Below are positions 47,812 to 57,578 of a stretch of DNA of 64,000 bases, piece by piece. Both the position numbers and the translations under genes were made by a program. The stretch is from the NCBI GenBank assembly GCA_036733345.1, contig DAINAR010000003.1, positions 8,052 through 72,051 of the forward strand, written 5' to 3'. Every line of letters begins with the position of its first letter. Within the stretch, counting starts at the first letter, position 1. Under the pieces are notes generated by a model. The model saw nothing but the letters and a program-made list of their open reading frames with translations. It was not told where the DNA came from and did not search any database. This stretch comes from Deltaproteobacteria bacterium (GTDB taxonomy: Bacteria; Desulfobacterota; DSM-4660; Desulfatiglandales; Desulfatiglandaceae).

Positions 47812-48915
47812 TCAGGCGTTGACGCCCGCCAGTTCTTCCAGCAAACCAAGGTATAACCGCGCTGCGTCTATCACCTGCGGAACGGAAATCGACTCCTCAT
47901 TGGTATGGGCCACAGAAAGATGGCCGGGTCCAAGAACAACCGGCTTGATGCCGGACTGCCATAGAAGCGGGGCGTCAGAATCGCTTCGAAACGTATCGGC
48001 ATTGAAATCAAGTTCAGCATTGTGAAACGCAGATTCAATGACTCTTGCCATTTCGCCGCGTAATGGTAGACGGTATCCGTTATGGATGGTTGACAGAGAG
48101 AATTGCTTTCTGTCCCCTTCCATGCGGCTTTCCACCATTTCTTCCAGTTCGGCTGTCAGCTCGCCAATCGAATACTGGGTAGGCATATGGAGATCCAGAT
48201 AGGCTGTGCAGAAATCCGGTGCAGCGAATCCCGCCTGGGAACTCTGCATGTCTCTTACGTTATAGAGTATGTCACTTTTGTGCTGTTCAACATGTTCTAT
48301 TAATATATTCAGCAGATCCAGCATGTTCTTGACGGCATTTTGTCCAGGACGGGATACTGATGCGTGAGAACGTTTTCCCCGTGTAGTCAAGGCAATTTCC
48401 ACATAGCTGAAATGAGCAAAGCATGCCTTCAGATCAGTTGGTTCGCCGATAACTGCCCAGTTGAAACGAAAATCCCTGCACAGGGCTATTGCTCCGTCAC
48501 CGGTTTCTTCTTCTCCCACCACCAGGGCCAGCGCGGCAGGAAAATCATGGTCGGGATATGATTGTCGGAATGAAAGAAAGGCCTCAACCATTGCGGCGCA
48601 GCCGCCTTTCATATCTGCAGATCCCAGGCCATACAGAATGTTTTCATCAAGATCAGAACGGTAGTTGTCATAATCAAACGCTGGAACGGTATCCACATGA
48701 CCAACCATCACGACTGGTGGAGGCTCTTTTCCTGACAGGAGTATAAGATTATACCTGTCTTCTGAAACTACCTGCTTTTGTACCACTATTCCACTGAGTT
48801 CAAGGTAATTCCGAAGATATTCAATAATTTCTTCCTCTTTACCGGAAGGACTGTAAATGTCCACGAGGTCAGTCAGCAGGTTTTGAAGCCGATCTCTGTT
48901 TATTTTAACTGGCAT
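47812..48915 (-). CDS. M20 family metallo-hydrolase (ArgE/DapE-like deacylase)
   Basis: VGHVDTVP, GLGSADMKGG and VVGEEETGDG motifs. The start overlaps the upstream GNAT stop by 11 nt. Confidence 0.82.
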   Translation of the reverse strand: MPVKINRDRLQNLLTDLVDIYSPSGKEEEIIEYLRNYLELSGIVVQKQVVSEDRYNLILLSGKEPPPVVMVGHVDTVPAFDYDNYRSDLDENILYGLGSADMKGGCAAMVEAFLSFRQSYPDHDFPAALALVVGEEETGDGAIALCRDFRFNWAVIGEPTDLKACFAHFSYVEIALTTRGKRSHASVSRPGQNAVKNMLDLLNILIEHVEQHKSDILYNVRDMQSSQAGFAAPDFCTAYLDLHMPTQYSIGELTAELEEMVESRMEGDRKQFSLSTIHNGYRLPLRGEMARVIESAFHNAELDFNADTFRSDSDAPLLWQSGIKPVVLGPGHLSVAHTNEESISVPQVIDAARLYLGLLEELAGVNA

Positions 48916-49390
48916 GTTTGGGCTCCAGGTTCATGGTGAGATATATCTGGCTGGTTGGTCGGGAAAAACCTTTGCTGGTGAAGAATTCCAGGGCTTTGTC
49001 ATTTCTGGCTTCTACATCCACCAGCAGCATGGGAACCTTTTTTTCCTGCATGTATGCCAGGAATTTATCAAACAGGAGCGATGCCAATCCTTCTCTCTGG
49101 TGATCCGGGTGTATGCCAAGCCATTCCAGGTAACCATAAAACCTGGAAGATTTATATTTATCCACAACATATGATAAGAGAAATCCAACAATCTCTCCTT
49201 TTAAGTCTGCGACAAAACACCCTTCCGGATCCGAAGTGAAATAATCAGTAACCTGGGTTTCATCCCAGATTCGATACAGATTTGGGTTTTCCTGCAATGT
49301 ATAGAGTTTTTCACCGAGGTGAAATACAGGAGCCAGGTCGTCAATTCCCAGGTTCCTGATACTGTAAATAGATTCTGGTTTTTTCGACAT
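48905..49390 (-). CDS. GNAT family N-acetyltransferase (161 aa)
   Basis: LEWLGIHPDHQREGLASLLF motif A-like block. Confidence 0.8.
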   Translation of the reverse strand: MSKKPESIYSIRNLGIDDLAPVFHLGEKLYTLQENPNLYRIWDETQVTDYFTSDPEGCFVADLKGEIVGFLLSYVVDKYKSSRFYGYLEWLGIHPDHQREGLASLLFDKFLAYMQEKKVPMLLVDVEARNDKALEFFTSKGFSRPTSQIYLTMNLEPKHAS

Positions 49391-49459
49391 AACTGATTTC
49401 CCTCATTCTGTATTTGCGTTTTGATCATAATACGGGATCAGTATATCACAGTGAAAAAC

Positions 49460-50491
49460 TTATGTCTCCCGAAGTGATCTGTAATTGCGCTTGAAAGTAA
49501 TTTTATTAGTTCTATTATCCTCTTTGAATTCAATTCTTGAAGGATTGCCTTCTGCCCTGTAAATTTTACCATTTGATATATTAAAAACCGAAGACCATAT
49601 AGTATCGAAATTTAATACCCTATGGTACTGACACATAAATCCATGTTTTCCGCTGAGTATATTTTCAGCATGTTCAATGCCGTTAATATAGTCAACATTT
49701 TTTAAGGCATCGTACGCCGTTTGATATCTAATGTCAGATGAAAAAATAAGACATGCATTATAACAGGTCATTTCCCTTGAAATAAAATGGTTGGCTGCTA
49801 CGATAAAGTTATCATCTGATGCTGGTTCTCTAAAAAATATGTTTTTTGGCGTACACTCTGCAACTGCCATATCACCCACTTTATCTGCCAGTATTATGCT
49901 GCAGGCTGAAGCTATTGGCAGGCTTTTTAAGGCGTTTATTGCTTCCTTTGTGGTTGCACATTTTTCAAGCAGATAGCGGACCAGGAATACGGAATTAATA
50001 CCCGGCACAATAAAGGTGGGTACAATAAATTCCATGGCAACGGCTAAACCATATTCATTCAATCCCTCTTCAAAATTAATCATGGAGGAGGTGTTGCCAA
50101 TGAATGAGTATCCGCTGTCAAGTTTATATAATACACTTTTACTTGCTTTTTTAAGGAACGGAGGCAGGTCATTATTCCTGCCGTAAATGACGTTACCATT
50201 TTTAGTAAAACAAAAGGTGGTACAGCCATGGAGATCGTGACAGCACCCCATGCATAACAGCCATGAAGCAAACTCTTCATAGGAAAAATTCAATCCATCT
50301 GTAATTCCGCGGATTTCATCACAAACTTCGGGAAAGACCTCTGATAATATTTTTTGGGATTTCGCACCAAAATCTTTCTGAAACCTGTTGAGATCTATCA
50401 GTTTATAAAAATCGACATGTTGCTTTTTTAACATTTTACCGAAATGTAAACCGATTTCATAATGGCCGCCTTTTAATCTTGGGTGGTACAT
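49460..50491 (-). CDS. C45 family Ntn-hydrolase / acyl-CoA:6-APA acyltransferase-like protein
   Basis: HGCTTFCF (candidate autoprocessing Cys) followed by GRNNDLP. Start set to ATG 50491 (AAAGGAGGAATTACT upstream) rather than the track start at 50578. Confidence 0.65.
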   Translation of the reverse strand: MYHPRLKGGHYEIGLHFGKMLKKQHVDFYKLIDLNRFQKDFGAKSQKILSEVFPEVCDEIRGITDGLNFSYEEFASWLLCMGCCHDLHGCTTFCFTKNGNVIYGRNNDLPPFLKKASKSVLYKLDSGYSFIGNTSSMINFEEGLNEYGLAVAMEFIVPTFIVPGINSVFLVRYLLEKCATTKEAINALKSLPIASACSIILADKVGDMAVAECTPKNIFFREPASDDNFIVAANHFISREMTCYNACLIFSSDIRYQTAYDALKNVDYINGIEHAENILSGKHGFMCQYHRVLNFDTIWSSVFNISNGKIYRAEGNPSRIEFKEDNRTNKITFKRNYRSLRET

Positions 50492-50643
50492 AGTAATTCC
50501 TCCTTTTAAAAGATTACAGAGGAATAAAAATTTAATGTCAATATTGAAAATACTATATTTTGCAAGTTGGCAGGGCATTATGAAATATAAGGTTAAAAGA
50601 GCAGGGGGGCAGGGTGGATCATTTCGAATTGTCAGAAATCCAC

Positions 50644-51438
50644 TCAGGCATTTTGAATCAGGCTTTCAATCGCTTCCATATATTCGTTCAGGCCGATCAT
50701 CATTATATCGTTATGGCCGGCTTCGGGTATAAAAAGGGAATATTTTCTGGCGGCTCCTGAAAGTTCGTAAAGTGCTTTTCCCTCGGTTGCAGGAATGATC
50801 TCATCCCATTGGCCATGGATGATGAGAGTGGGGATTGTCACATCTTTAATCTTCAGGTCATTGCCGAATCCGATGGGGTTTTCAATATCCTTAAAGAGGT
50901 GCAGAACTCCTATTCTCTCAAGCTGGTTTCTGGCACTTGCAAAACCGCTTTCAATAATAAGTCCATTAAGTTCTTTCTGATAATTGTATGCGATTTCTAT
51001 AGCAGGTGCACTTCCCAGAGATCTGCCCATAACAAAAATTCCGCCGTTGAACCCCTGTTCCTTTAAAAATTCCTTAAAGTCATGGAATATGGGGTGGGTG
51101 TCCTTAATCATGGCTGTACAGGTAGGGCTTCCATCGCTCATTCCATATCCGCGGTAGTCGGTCACATAGAGATTGAGGCCACATTGGCTATACACAGGTG
51201 CTACGTAGTCATAATCAGGAGCTGTTTCACCATTGCCGTGAAAAAAGATTATATTGGGTGCATCGCTGCTGGACGGATAGAAACGGCAGCAGACAGATAC
51301 TCCATTATCTACAGTGACAAAACGATTCACAGCTTTCGGACTTTCCGATTCTCTGGAAATTTCCCTTCGAGGGAAAAAAATTCTGTAGAGGATCTCTGGA
51401 TGGTCATGGAGCGCAAGGCCTTTATCAAAATCTATCAT
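50644..51438 (-). CDS. Alpha/beta hydrolase
   Basis: HGNGE oxyanion region, nucleophile elbow GRSLGS, and a C-terminal GHND catalytic His region. Confidence 0.8.
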   Translation of the reverse strand: MIDFDKGLALHDHPEILYRIFFPRREISRESESPKAVNRFVTVDNGVSVCCRFYPSSSDAPNIIFFHGNGETAPDYDYVAPVYSQCGLNLYVTDYRGYGMSDGSPTCTAMIKDTHPIFHDFKEFLKEQGFNGGIFVMGRSLGSAPAIEIAYNYQKELNGLIIESGFASARNQLERIGVLHLFKDIENPIGFGNDLKIKDVTIPTLIIHGQWDEIIPATEGKALYELSGAARKYSLFIPEAGHNDIMMIGLNEYMEAIESLIQNA

Positions 51439-51559
51439 AATTATCTCCCATTGTTTCCTGCTGTCTGGAGTAGATCAAGATCGGGATATTGATATACAAA
51501 CAATAATTTTCAAATAACAGATTTTTAAAAACAGTGAAAGCCCATTTTCAGGAATAATA

Positions 51560-51988
51560 TCAGAAAACTTCCCAATCCTCTATATCTCCGATGACTGCAT
51601 TGAATATTGGATGGGGTTTGATGGTTTTGGTTTTATTCAGCTTTATATATAATTCAGTGTTTCTTTGTTTAAGCTTGCCGAGCAGGTGTAGGAATTCATA
51701 TTCCAATTGTCCGGTTGTTACAGGAATTCTGTCATCAAATGCTGAATTAGTAATTTTACTTCTGTCAAAGTGATAGCCTCGTTTGTCAGCTTCATCAGCT
51801 ATATGTTTTAAGTATGCGGCGATAGCTCCGACCGGATTTATTGCAGCTTTAAAACGTATTAACTGGGGATGATTTCTGTATCCTCTGGTATTTCCCTGCA
51901 GGACTTTCTGTGCCAAAAGACCCTCCCTCCAGAGTGCGACCAGTCCCCTGGAATCTAAATTGCACGGATGAATTGACCAGAGCCTCAT
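51560..51988 (-). CDS. Pyrimidine dimer DNA glycosylase / endonuclease V-like protein
   Basis: MRLWSIHPCNLDSRGLVALWREGLLAQKVL...GYRNHPQLIRF matches my memory of the bacterial Pyr_excise-like family. Not verified by search. Confidence 0.6.
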   Translation of the reverse strand: MRLWSIHPCNLDSRGLVALWREGLLAQKVLQGNTRGYRNHPQLIRFKAAINPVGAIAAYLKHIADEADKRGYHFDRSKITNSAFDDRIPVTTGQLEYEFLHLLGKLKQRNTELYIKLNKTKTIKPHPIFNAVIGDIEDWEVF

Positions 51989-52043
51989 GCTTTTTCCTGA
52001 TATAACTCCAGGTTAAAATTCATATTTAAGGCCCTCGTATTCC

Positions 52044-52649
52044 TCAATTTGTTTCGCTTTCAATGACAGAACGAATACTGCAATACCTGTTGGCGCTGAG
52101 CCTGCCGAGGACATCCAGGCCGAACCAGTCAATTTCTTTCTGGTTCTTCAATAAATTATCCTGCACATGAACAAGCTGTACCCGTCCAAGAATCAAATTA
52201 CCTGCATCAGGACCTTCACTCACAGTGACAATTTGTTCAAGGGTACATTCAAATGAAATCCTGGCCTCCTGGACTCTGAAAGGTTTTATCTTTTTTGAGG
52301 GAATCCAGTGGATACCCTTTATTGAATCCTTATCGCTTCCATAAGGCAATGGCCTGGCTGAGAACTCCATGACGGAAAGGAGATCTACCGAAACAATGTT
52401 TATGACAAACTCAGGAACCTTTCGGATGTTTATCGCTGTATCTTTCATTGATCCATCTGAACGGTTGACCAGTGAGAAGGCAAGGACAGGAGGCGACCAC
52501 GATACTCCTGTGAAAAAACTGAATGGGGCCAGATTTGTCTGGCCGTCCGTATTAATGGTGGATACCCACGCTATAGGTCTGGGTATTATCGAACTTGTAA
52601 TGAAATCATGAGCGTCTCTTGGTTTAAAATCTTTCAAGTCAATTTCCAT
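52044..52649 (-). CDS. Flavin reductase-like (FMN-binding split-barrel) protein
   Basis: IIPRPIAWVSTINTDGQTNLAPFSFFTGVSWSPPVLAFSL pattern. Confidence 0.82.
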   Translation of the reverse strand: MEIDLKDFKPRDAHDFITSSIIPRPIAWVSTINTDGQTNLAPFSFFTGVSWSPPVLAFSLVNRSDGSMKDTAINIRKVPEFVINIVSVDLLSVMEFSARPLPYGSDKDSIKGIHWIPSKKIKPFRVQEARISFECTLEQIVTVSEGPDAGNLILGRVQLVHVQDNLLKNQKEIDWFGLDVLGRLSANRYCSIRSVIESETN

Positions 52650-52716
52650 AGCTGAAAAACTCCTGGTTAGGTTCGGTTAGGAAAAAATATTGAATACAGT
52701 AGCGGGATTTTTCTGA

Positions 52717-53211
52717 TTAGGGAAAATAACATTCAAATCGTTGTTCCTTTACTTGAGTTCCCCACTGGCTTCCTTTATGTTCCTCAACAAGATTGAAACC
52801 GGCCTTCTCATACAGATGCCTTGCTGCGCCGAGCCCCTCAAATGTCCATAAATAAGCCTTTTTATACCCTTTATCCCTGCAAAAATTCATGGCGGTTTTT
52901 ATGAGAAGGTTACCTGCTCCCTTTCCCTGCAGCGCCTCAGAGATTATAAACCAGCGTAGATGTGCACCGTCATTTTCCGCATGAATGCCGTCAATACAAA
53001 TAGATCCTTCTATGCGGCCGTTTGCCGAAACAGTCCAGAACCCATCCCGGTTTTCATCAAAACGCCTAAGAAAATCAGAGAGTTCATTAGCGACCTTGGC
53101 TTCAAAAAAGAGCCCGAATCCCCAGTGGTTATAGTAATAATCGCCATGGAGTTCAGCAACACGTCCTAATGATCCGGGTATATAACCCCTGACTATTTTG
53201 ATATCTGACAT
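52717..53211 (-). CDS. GNAT family N-acetyltransferase (164 aa)
   Basis: RWFIISEALQGKGAGNLLIK...HLYEKAGF motif A/B. Confidence 0.82.
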   Translation of the reverse strand: MSDIKIVRGYIPGSLGRVAELHGDYYYNHWGFGLFFEAKVANELSDFLRRFDENRDGFWTVSANGRIEGSICIDGIHAENDGAHLRWFIISEALQGKGAGNLLIKTAMNFCRDKGYKKAYLWTFEGLGAARHLYEKAGFNLVEEHKGSQWGTQVKEQRFECYFP

Positions 53212-53264
53212 CTTAATACATGCTTCATTACAATAATTTATTTTTTATATGTTTGTTTCCAGTA

Positions 53265-56186
53265 TCAATCCAGAATCTCACGAACTTTAACAGCTATATC
53301 TTTTAACAGGAATGGTTTTTGAATGAATTTTATGTCCTGGTCCGATATGCCCTGGTGCGAGATAAGCTCTTCAGAGTAGCCCGACATGAAAAGGTATTTC
53401 ATTTTGGGCCGAAGCTCCTTAATCCTGTTGGACAATGCCCGTCCGTTCATTCTGGGCATTACTACATCTGTGATAAGCAGATGAATTTCGGATTTGTTTC
53501 CTTCTGCTATGCGGACAGCATCTTCCGGTGTGCCTGCCGCCAAAACCGAATAGCCGAGCTTCTGTAGCATAATGACACTCATTTCAAGAGCGGTCGGATC
53601 ATCATCAACTATCAGTAATGTTTCACCACGGCTTCGAAGAATTTCATCATTGAATTCTGATCTTAAACTTTCAGGTTTAACTTCATTCATTGGAATGAAG
53701 ATCTTAAAGGTGGTTCCCTTTCCCGATTCGCTGTTAACATTTATGAATCCTTTGTTCTGCTTCACAATGCCATAAACAGTTGCCAGCCCCATGCCGGTTC
53801 CCTTCCCAACATCTTTGGTTGTGAAAAATGGTTCAAAGATATGGTCCAGAGTCTGTTTGTCCATACCGCAGCCATTATCGCTTACGGAAAGGAGTACATA
53901 ATTCCCGGGCATAACTTCAGCTTTGGAGCTACAATAAGATTCATCCAGATAAACTGCATCAGTTTCAATAGTAATTCTTCCGAAATCTGAAATGGCATCT
54001 CTGGCATTGATACACAGATTGACCAGAATCTGGTCGAATTGACTGGGGTCCATCATTACTGTGCATGGTTTTTCGCCTGGAAACCATTTCAATTCAATAT
54101 TTTTTTGAATCAGCTTCCGTATCATTTTCAGAATGTTTTCAACGGCCTCATTTAAATCAAATACAATGGGTTCAATTTTCTGTTTGCTGGCAAAGGCCAG
54201 TAATTGACGTGTTAGTTTACTCGAAAGCTGTGCTGCTTCCATAATCCTGTCAAGATTATTGCGTCGCGGATCTTCAGAACTCATTTCCTGCATTTCAAGC
54301 TCTGCGTATCCCATGATTGCACCGAGCATGTTATTGAAATCGTGGGCGACACCTCCTGCAAGTATACCTACTGCCTCGAGCTTCTGTGACTGGTGAAGCT
54401 GCCATTGCAGTTTTTCCTTTTCTTTTTCAGCCTCTTTGCGTTCAGTAATATCAAAAAAACTTACGATGATGCCTTTCCCGATCAACCTGCTGCTGATAAT
54501 CATGGCACGATAGGTGCCATCCTTGCAGAGTACACGGGATTCTGATGATTCCAGATTGGAATCATCTTTTACAGGGCTTTCCGTACCTGGCCTCCATTCT
54601 GATGTCTTCTGTTTTCTGGAATAAGGGTCCGGGAAGGAAAGGTGCCATGCATGCTCAAGGGCGGGCAGATCGTGGGTTGTATATCCCATGGATTGTGTCA
54701 GGCGGTCATTTACATCGAGTATTTTTCCATCCATGGAAATATGACACATTGGAATCGGGGCTTTTTTAAAGAGTATGCGGAAACGTTTTTCACTCTCTTT
54801 TAATGCCCTTTTCTCCTTTTTGTATTCGGAACGGTATTTCAGGATGGTCAGGAATATGTAATTGCAGATAACAGATGCAATTGGAAAGGAGGTCCCGATA
54901 AACAGACCGGTGCGGAAAAAAACCTGTTGAGTAGCCAGCCAAAGCCCGGTGATGAGGAAAAAAGTTAAAATCAGGCTGAATGGACCGCTTCTGAAGCCGA
55001 TAAGCAGGCTTAGTAACACCCCGGGCAAGAGAATAAACAGCAGCAGTACAAGGCCGTTGCTGTAGGGAGGCAGGCTGATGAATTCACCACTCAACAGGTT
55101 ATCGGCAACGGTGACGTGTGCCTCAATACCGGGGTACGTGGGGTCAAAAGGGGTTGTATGTAATTCTCTTAATCCTGCTGCTGAAGAGCCTACAAAAGCT
55201 ATTCTTCCCTCCAGTTGTTCAGACGAAACCCTGTTGGCCATAATATCTGCTGCCGATATGTATTCATAGCTTCTCTTGGGCCCCCTGAATTTGATAAGCA
55301 ACCGGCTATGCGCATCAACAGGGATGGTAGTCCCACTGTAGCTGATTGACTGAAGTGATTTCCCTGTTTTTTTAAGGAGGAGGTTGTCATTTCCCTGTAA
55401 TTTTAGAACGGTGGCAAGAGCGAGGCTGGCATAGAACTCGCCGCCGTACCCGATGAGAAGGGGCAGCCTTCTGAGCATGCCGTCGGGGTCCGGGCTGAAA
55501 TTACAGAAACCTGAGGCGTCAACCCTTTCTGAAAGTACTTTTAGATTGCACAGGACAGAACTTCCTTCAGGAATCCCGGTGCTGTCTCCCTGAACTGTTG
55601 AATCCTGCAAAAGGGATGTTTTGACCGGATGAAGAGCGCATTGATCCGAGCTTTTTTGAAGACTGTTGAAATGGAACTGATTGCCCAGGACAAAGGGCCC
55701 CTTTGAGAGTGATTCAGCAAGGATCAGGTCGTTGTCTCTTAATTCATCGGGAAGCCGGTCAAATTTTATATCAAGTTCATATGCATCTTTAAGATCTTTC
55801 AGAAGCCGTCCCGCAGATGTCCGGTCGGGTTCTGAGAAAATCATGTCAAGACCAATGACAGCCGGCTCCATGAGGGCAATTTTATTAAATAATTCGGCTA
55901 CTCGGTACCTGGGCCAGGGCCACTGGCCGTAACGATTCAGGCTTTTTTCATCTATATCAATGATTAAAAATCTTGTACTTGCGTAATTGTCGGGAAAATT
56001 TTTCAGAAGCAGGTCGTAGTTTATAAAGTCAATCCTCTGCAGCAGGGATGGCTTAACTGCAAAGAAAGCTGCAAAAAACAGGGTGAAAATAAGCCCGAAG
56101 AGAATTATTCGGAGCTTTTCAGTCCTGCCTGCTGAGATAGAATTGCTGGAATCAAACGCTGGAATTCTTATCGACTCTGTTTTCAT
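53265..56186 (-). CDS. CHASE2-domain hybrid sensor histidine kinase (CHASE2-TM-PAS-HisKA-HATPase-REC)
   Basis: CHASE2 signature ([13 protein letters not shown]), TM block, PAS, H-box GVAHDFNN, G-boxes (DNGCGM, GTGMGLA), and C-terminal receiver (LLIVDDD...ITDVVMP). Confidence 0.88.
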   Translation of the reverse strand: MKTESIRIPAFDSSNSISAGRTEKLRIILFGLIFTLFFAAFFAVKPSLLQRIDFINYDLLLKNFPDNYASTRFLIIDIDEKSLNRYGQWPWPRYRVAELFNKIALMEPAVIGLDMIFSEPDRTSAGRLLKDLKDAYELDIKFDRLPDELRDNDLILAESLSKGPFVLGNQFHFNSLQKSSDQCALHPVKTSLLQDSTVQGDSTGIPEGSSVLCNLKVLSERVDASGFCNFSPDPDGMLRRLPLLIGYGGEFYASLALATVLKLQGNDNLLLKKTGKSLQSISYSGTTIPVDAHSRLLIKFRGPKRSYEYISAADIMANRVSSEQLEGRIAFVGSSAAGLRELHTTPFDPTYPGIEAHVTVADNLLSGEFISLPPYSNGLVLLLFILLPGVLLSLLIGFRSGPFSLILTFFLITGLWLATQQVFFRTGLFIGTSFPIASVICNYIFLTILKYRSEYKKEKRALKESEKRFRILFKKAPIPMCHISMDGKILDVNDRLTQSMGYTTHDLPALEHAWHLSFPDPYSRKQKTSEWRPGTESPVKDDSNLESSESRVLCKDGTYRAMIISSRLIGKGIIVSFFDITERKEAEKEKEKLQWQLHQSQKLEAVGILAGGVAHDFNNMLGAIMGYAELEMQEMSSEDPRRNNLDRIMEAAQLSSKLTRQLLAFASKQKIEPIVFDLNEAVENILKMIRKLIQKNIELKWFPGEKPCTVMMDPSQFDQILVNLCINARDAISDFGRITIETDAVYLDESYCSSKAEVMPGNYVLLSVSDNGCGMDKQTLDHIFEPFFTTKDVGKGTGMGLATVYGIVKQNKGFINVNSESGKGTTFKIFIPMNEVKPESLRSEFNDEILRSRGETLLIVDDDPTALEMSVIMLQKLGYSVLAAGTPEDAVRIAEGNKSEIHLLITDVVMPRMNGRALSNRIKELRPKMKYLFMSGYSEELISHQGISDQDIKFIQKPFLLKDIAVKVREILD

Positions 56187-56213
56187 GAAAACTTTGCTGT
56201 GACTGCCGGGCAG

Positions 56214-56816
56214 TTACTTTATAACCACCTCAACTCTTCTGTTTCTTGGTTCCGCAACATTATCATCTGTTTTTATAAGAGGATTCCCTTCACCGTGAGA
56301 AGTGACTGTGATGCTGGAAGAATCTGCCCCGTTTTCAAGAAGGATCCCGTACAGAACTTTTGCCCTTTCAAGCGACAGCCTGTAATTATAATCGTTCGAG
56401 CCGACCGTGTCAGTATGGCCGGAGATCACAATATCGCTGGAGCTCCTGTCCTGGATTGTCTGAATAATTTGAGGGAGAAGGGCCCTGGATTCATTTGTCA
56501 GTTCGTTTGAATCCTGGAGAAAATAGAGAATAAATTTTGCCGGCGGCAAAGGCTGAGCGGACAATGCATTGGAAAAGGCCCTGCGGATTTCTTCTTCAGT
56601 GAGAATTTTAACTTCACCCGGAGGTGCCATTCTGTCCGTTACCTGTACCGACTGATTAGGTTTATTCAGGACCTGCATCCCGCCTTCGTTCTCCACTACA
56701 AGCTGCCCGACATGACCGTCAGGGTCGGGTATCAATACTACCATGCTTCTGGTTCCGCATCCTGCCTGAAACAGTATAAAAAATAAACCGATTATTATGT
56801 AGGTAATATTTTTCAT
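56214..56816 (-). CDS. OmpA/MotB-domain (lipo)protein
   Basis: Signal peptide ending FQAGC. C-terminal ISGHTDTVGSNDYNYRLSLERA...NRRVEV OmpA_C motif. Confidence 0.85.
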   Translation of the reverse strand: MKNITYIIIGLFFILFQAGCGTRSMVVLIPDPDGHVGQLVVENEGGMQVLNKPNQSVQVTDRMAPPGEVKILTEEEIRRAFSNALSAQPLPPAKFILYFLQDSNELTNESRALLPQIIQTIQDRSSSDIVISGHTDTVGSNDYNYRLSLERAKVLYGILLENGADSSSITVTSHGEGNPLIKTDDNVAEPRNRRVEVVIK

Positions 56817-56895
56817 ATTTGCCTCGTTGAGCCTGGATTAGCTGAAAAATAAACCGGTAATTGCCGCCGCAGATTGCAGGCTGGATGATTGTGGG

Positions 56896-57342
56896 TCAGT
56901 AGCCTTCAACCTTGACAAGAAACTGTGTGCCGCGCAAAGCTATTGTTGCATCAGGAGTATGAAATTTAACCGATTCGGGCGACTGCCGGCCTATGATGCC
57001 TGACAGGTATGAGGCTGTTCCCTTAAGCATACGCGTAATCATAGACAGTATGCCTTTTTCAGGGGCAAAAACATATTCTTCAATTGCTATTTCGCTTTCA
57101 GGACCCATTGACAGGATCGTATTATCTTCGAAAATAATTCCAACCGAGCTGTCCGTACCGGTCCGTATGATATCTTTCTGAAAAAGGCTGTCACCGGTAT
57201 TCAGGCTGATTTCTTTGCCGTTTCGCATTACAGCAATATCGCCGCTGGATGTCTTAATTTTTCCTATTGATGGTTCTTCGGCTGCTGAAAGGAACGGAGG
57301 CAGAATCACCATTGCAAGAAAGAGGATTAAGAGTCTTTTCAT
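56896..57342 (-). CDS. FecR-domain protein, secreted
   Basis: Signal peptide MKRLLILFLAMVILPPFLSAAEE, then the FecR-like block GDIAVMRNGKEISLNTGDSLFQKDIIRTGTDSSVGIIFEDNT. Start set to ATG 57342 (AGGAGG SD) rather than the track start at 57390. Confidence 0.78.
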   Translation of the reverse strand: MKRLLILFLAMVILPPFLSAAEEPSIGKIKTSSGDIAVMRNGKEISLNTGDSLFQKDIIRTGTDSSVGIIFEDNTILSMGPESEIAIEEYVFAPEKGILSMITRMLKGTASYLSGIIGRQSPESVKFHTPDATIALRGTQFLVKVEGY

Positions 57343-57578
57343 AGTGGCCTTCCTCCTAACAATATGGGGTGTTTGTATATTTTCACCCATGGTTTCTTAT
57401 TTTAACTGAAATCTGGAAATACCTTCTTTCAAAACGGATTTTTTCTTCAAAATAGACTATATAAAAACAAGGATATTTTCTCAACAGAATAATCTGATTG
57501 GATTTAAGCAAAAGATATTTCCTGGTATTTTAAATAGTTGTGTCATTATAATAGAGACGTTAATAAATTACAGGGACA

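Noticed and set aside
57506-57525. Sigma-54 promoter upstream of the FecR-OmpA-CHASE2 operon (minus strand CCAGGAAATATCTTTTGCTT).
   Set aside because: The GG-to-GC spacing is 11 nt rather than the required 10, and the -24 flank is poor (CAGGAA instead of TGGCAC).
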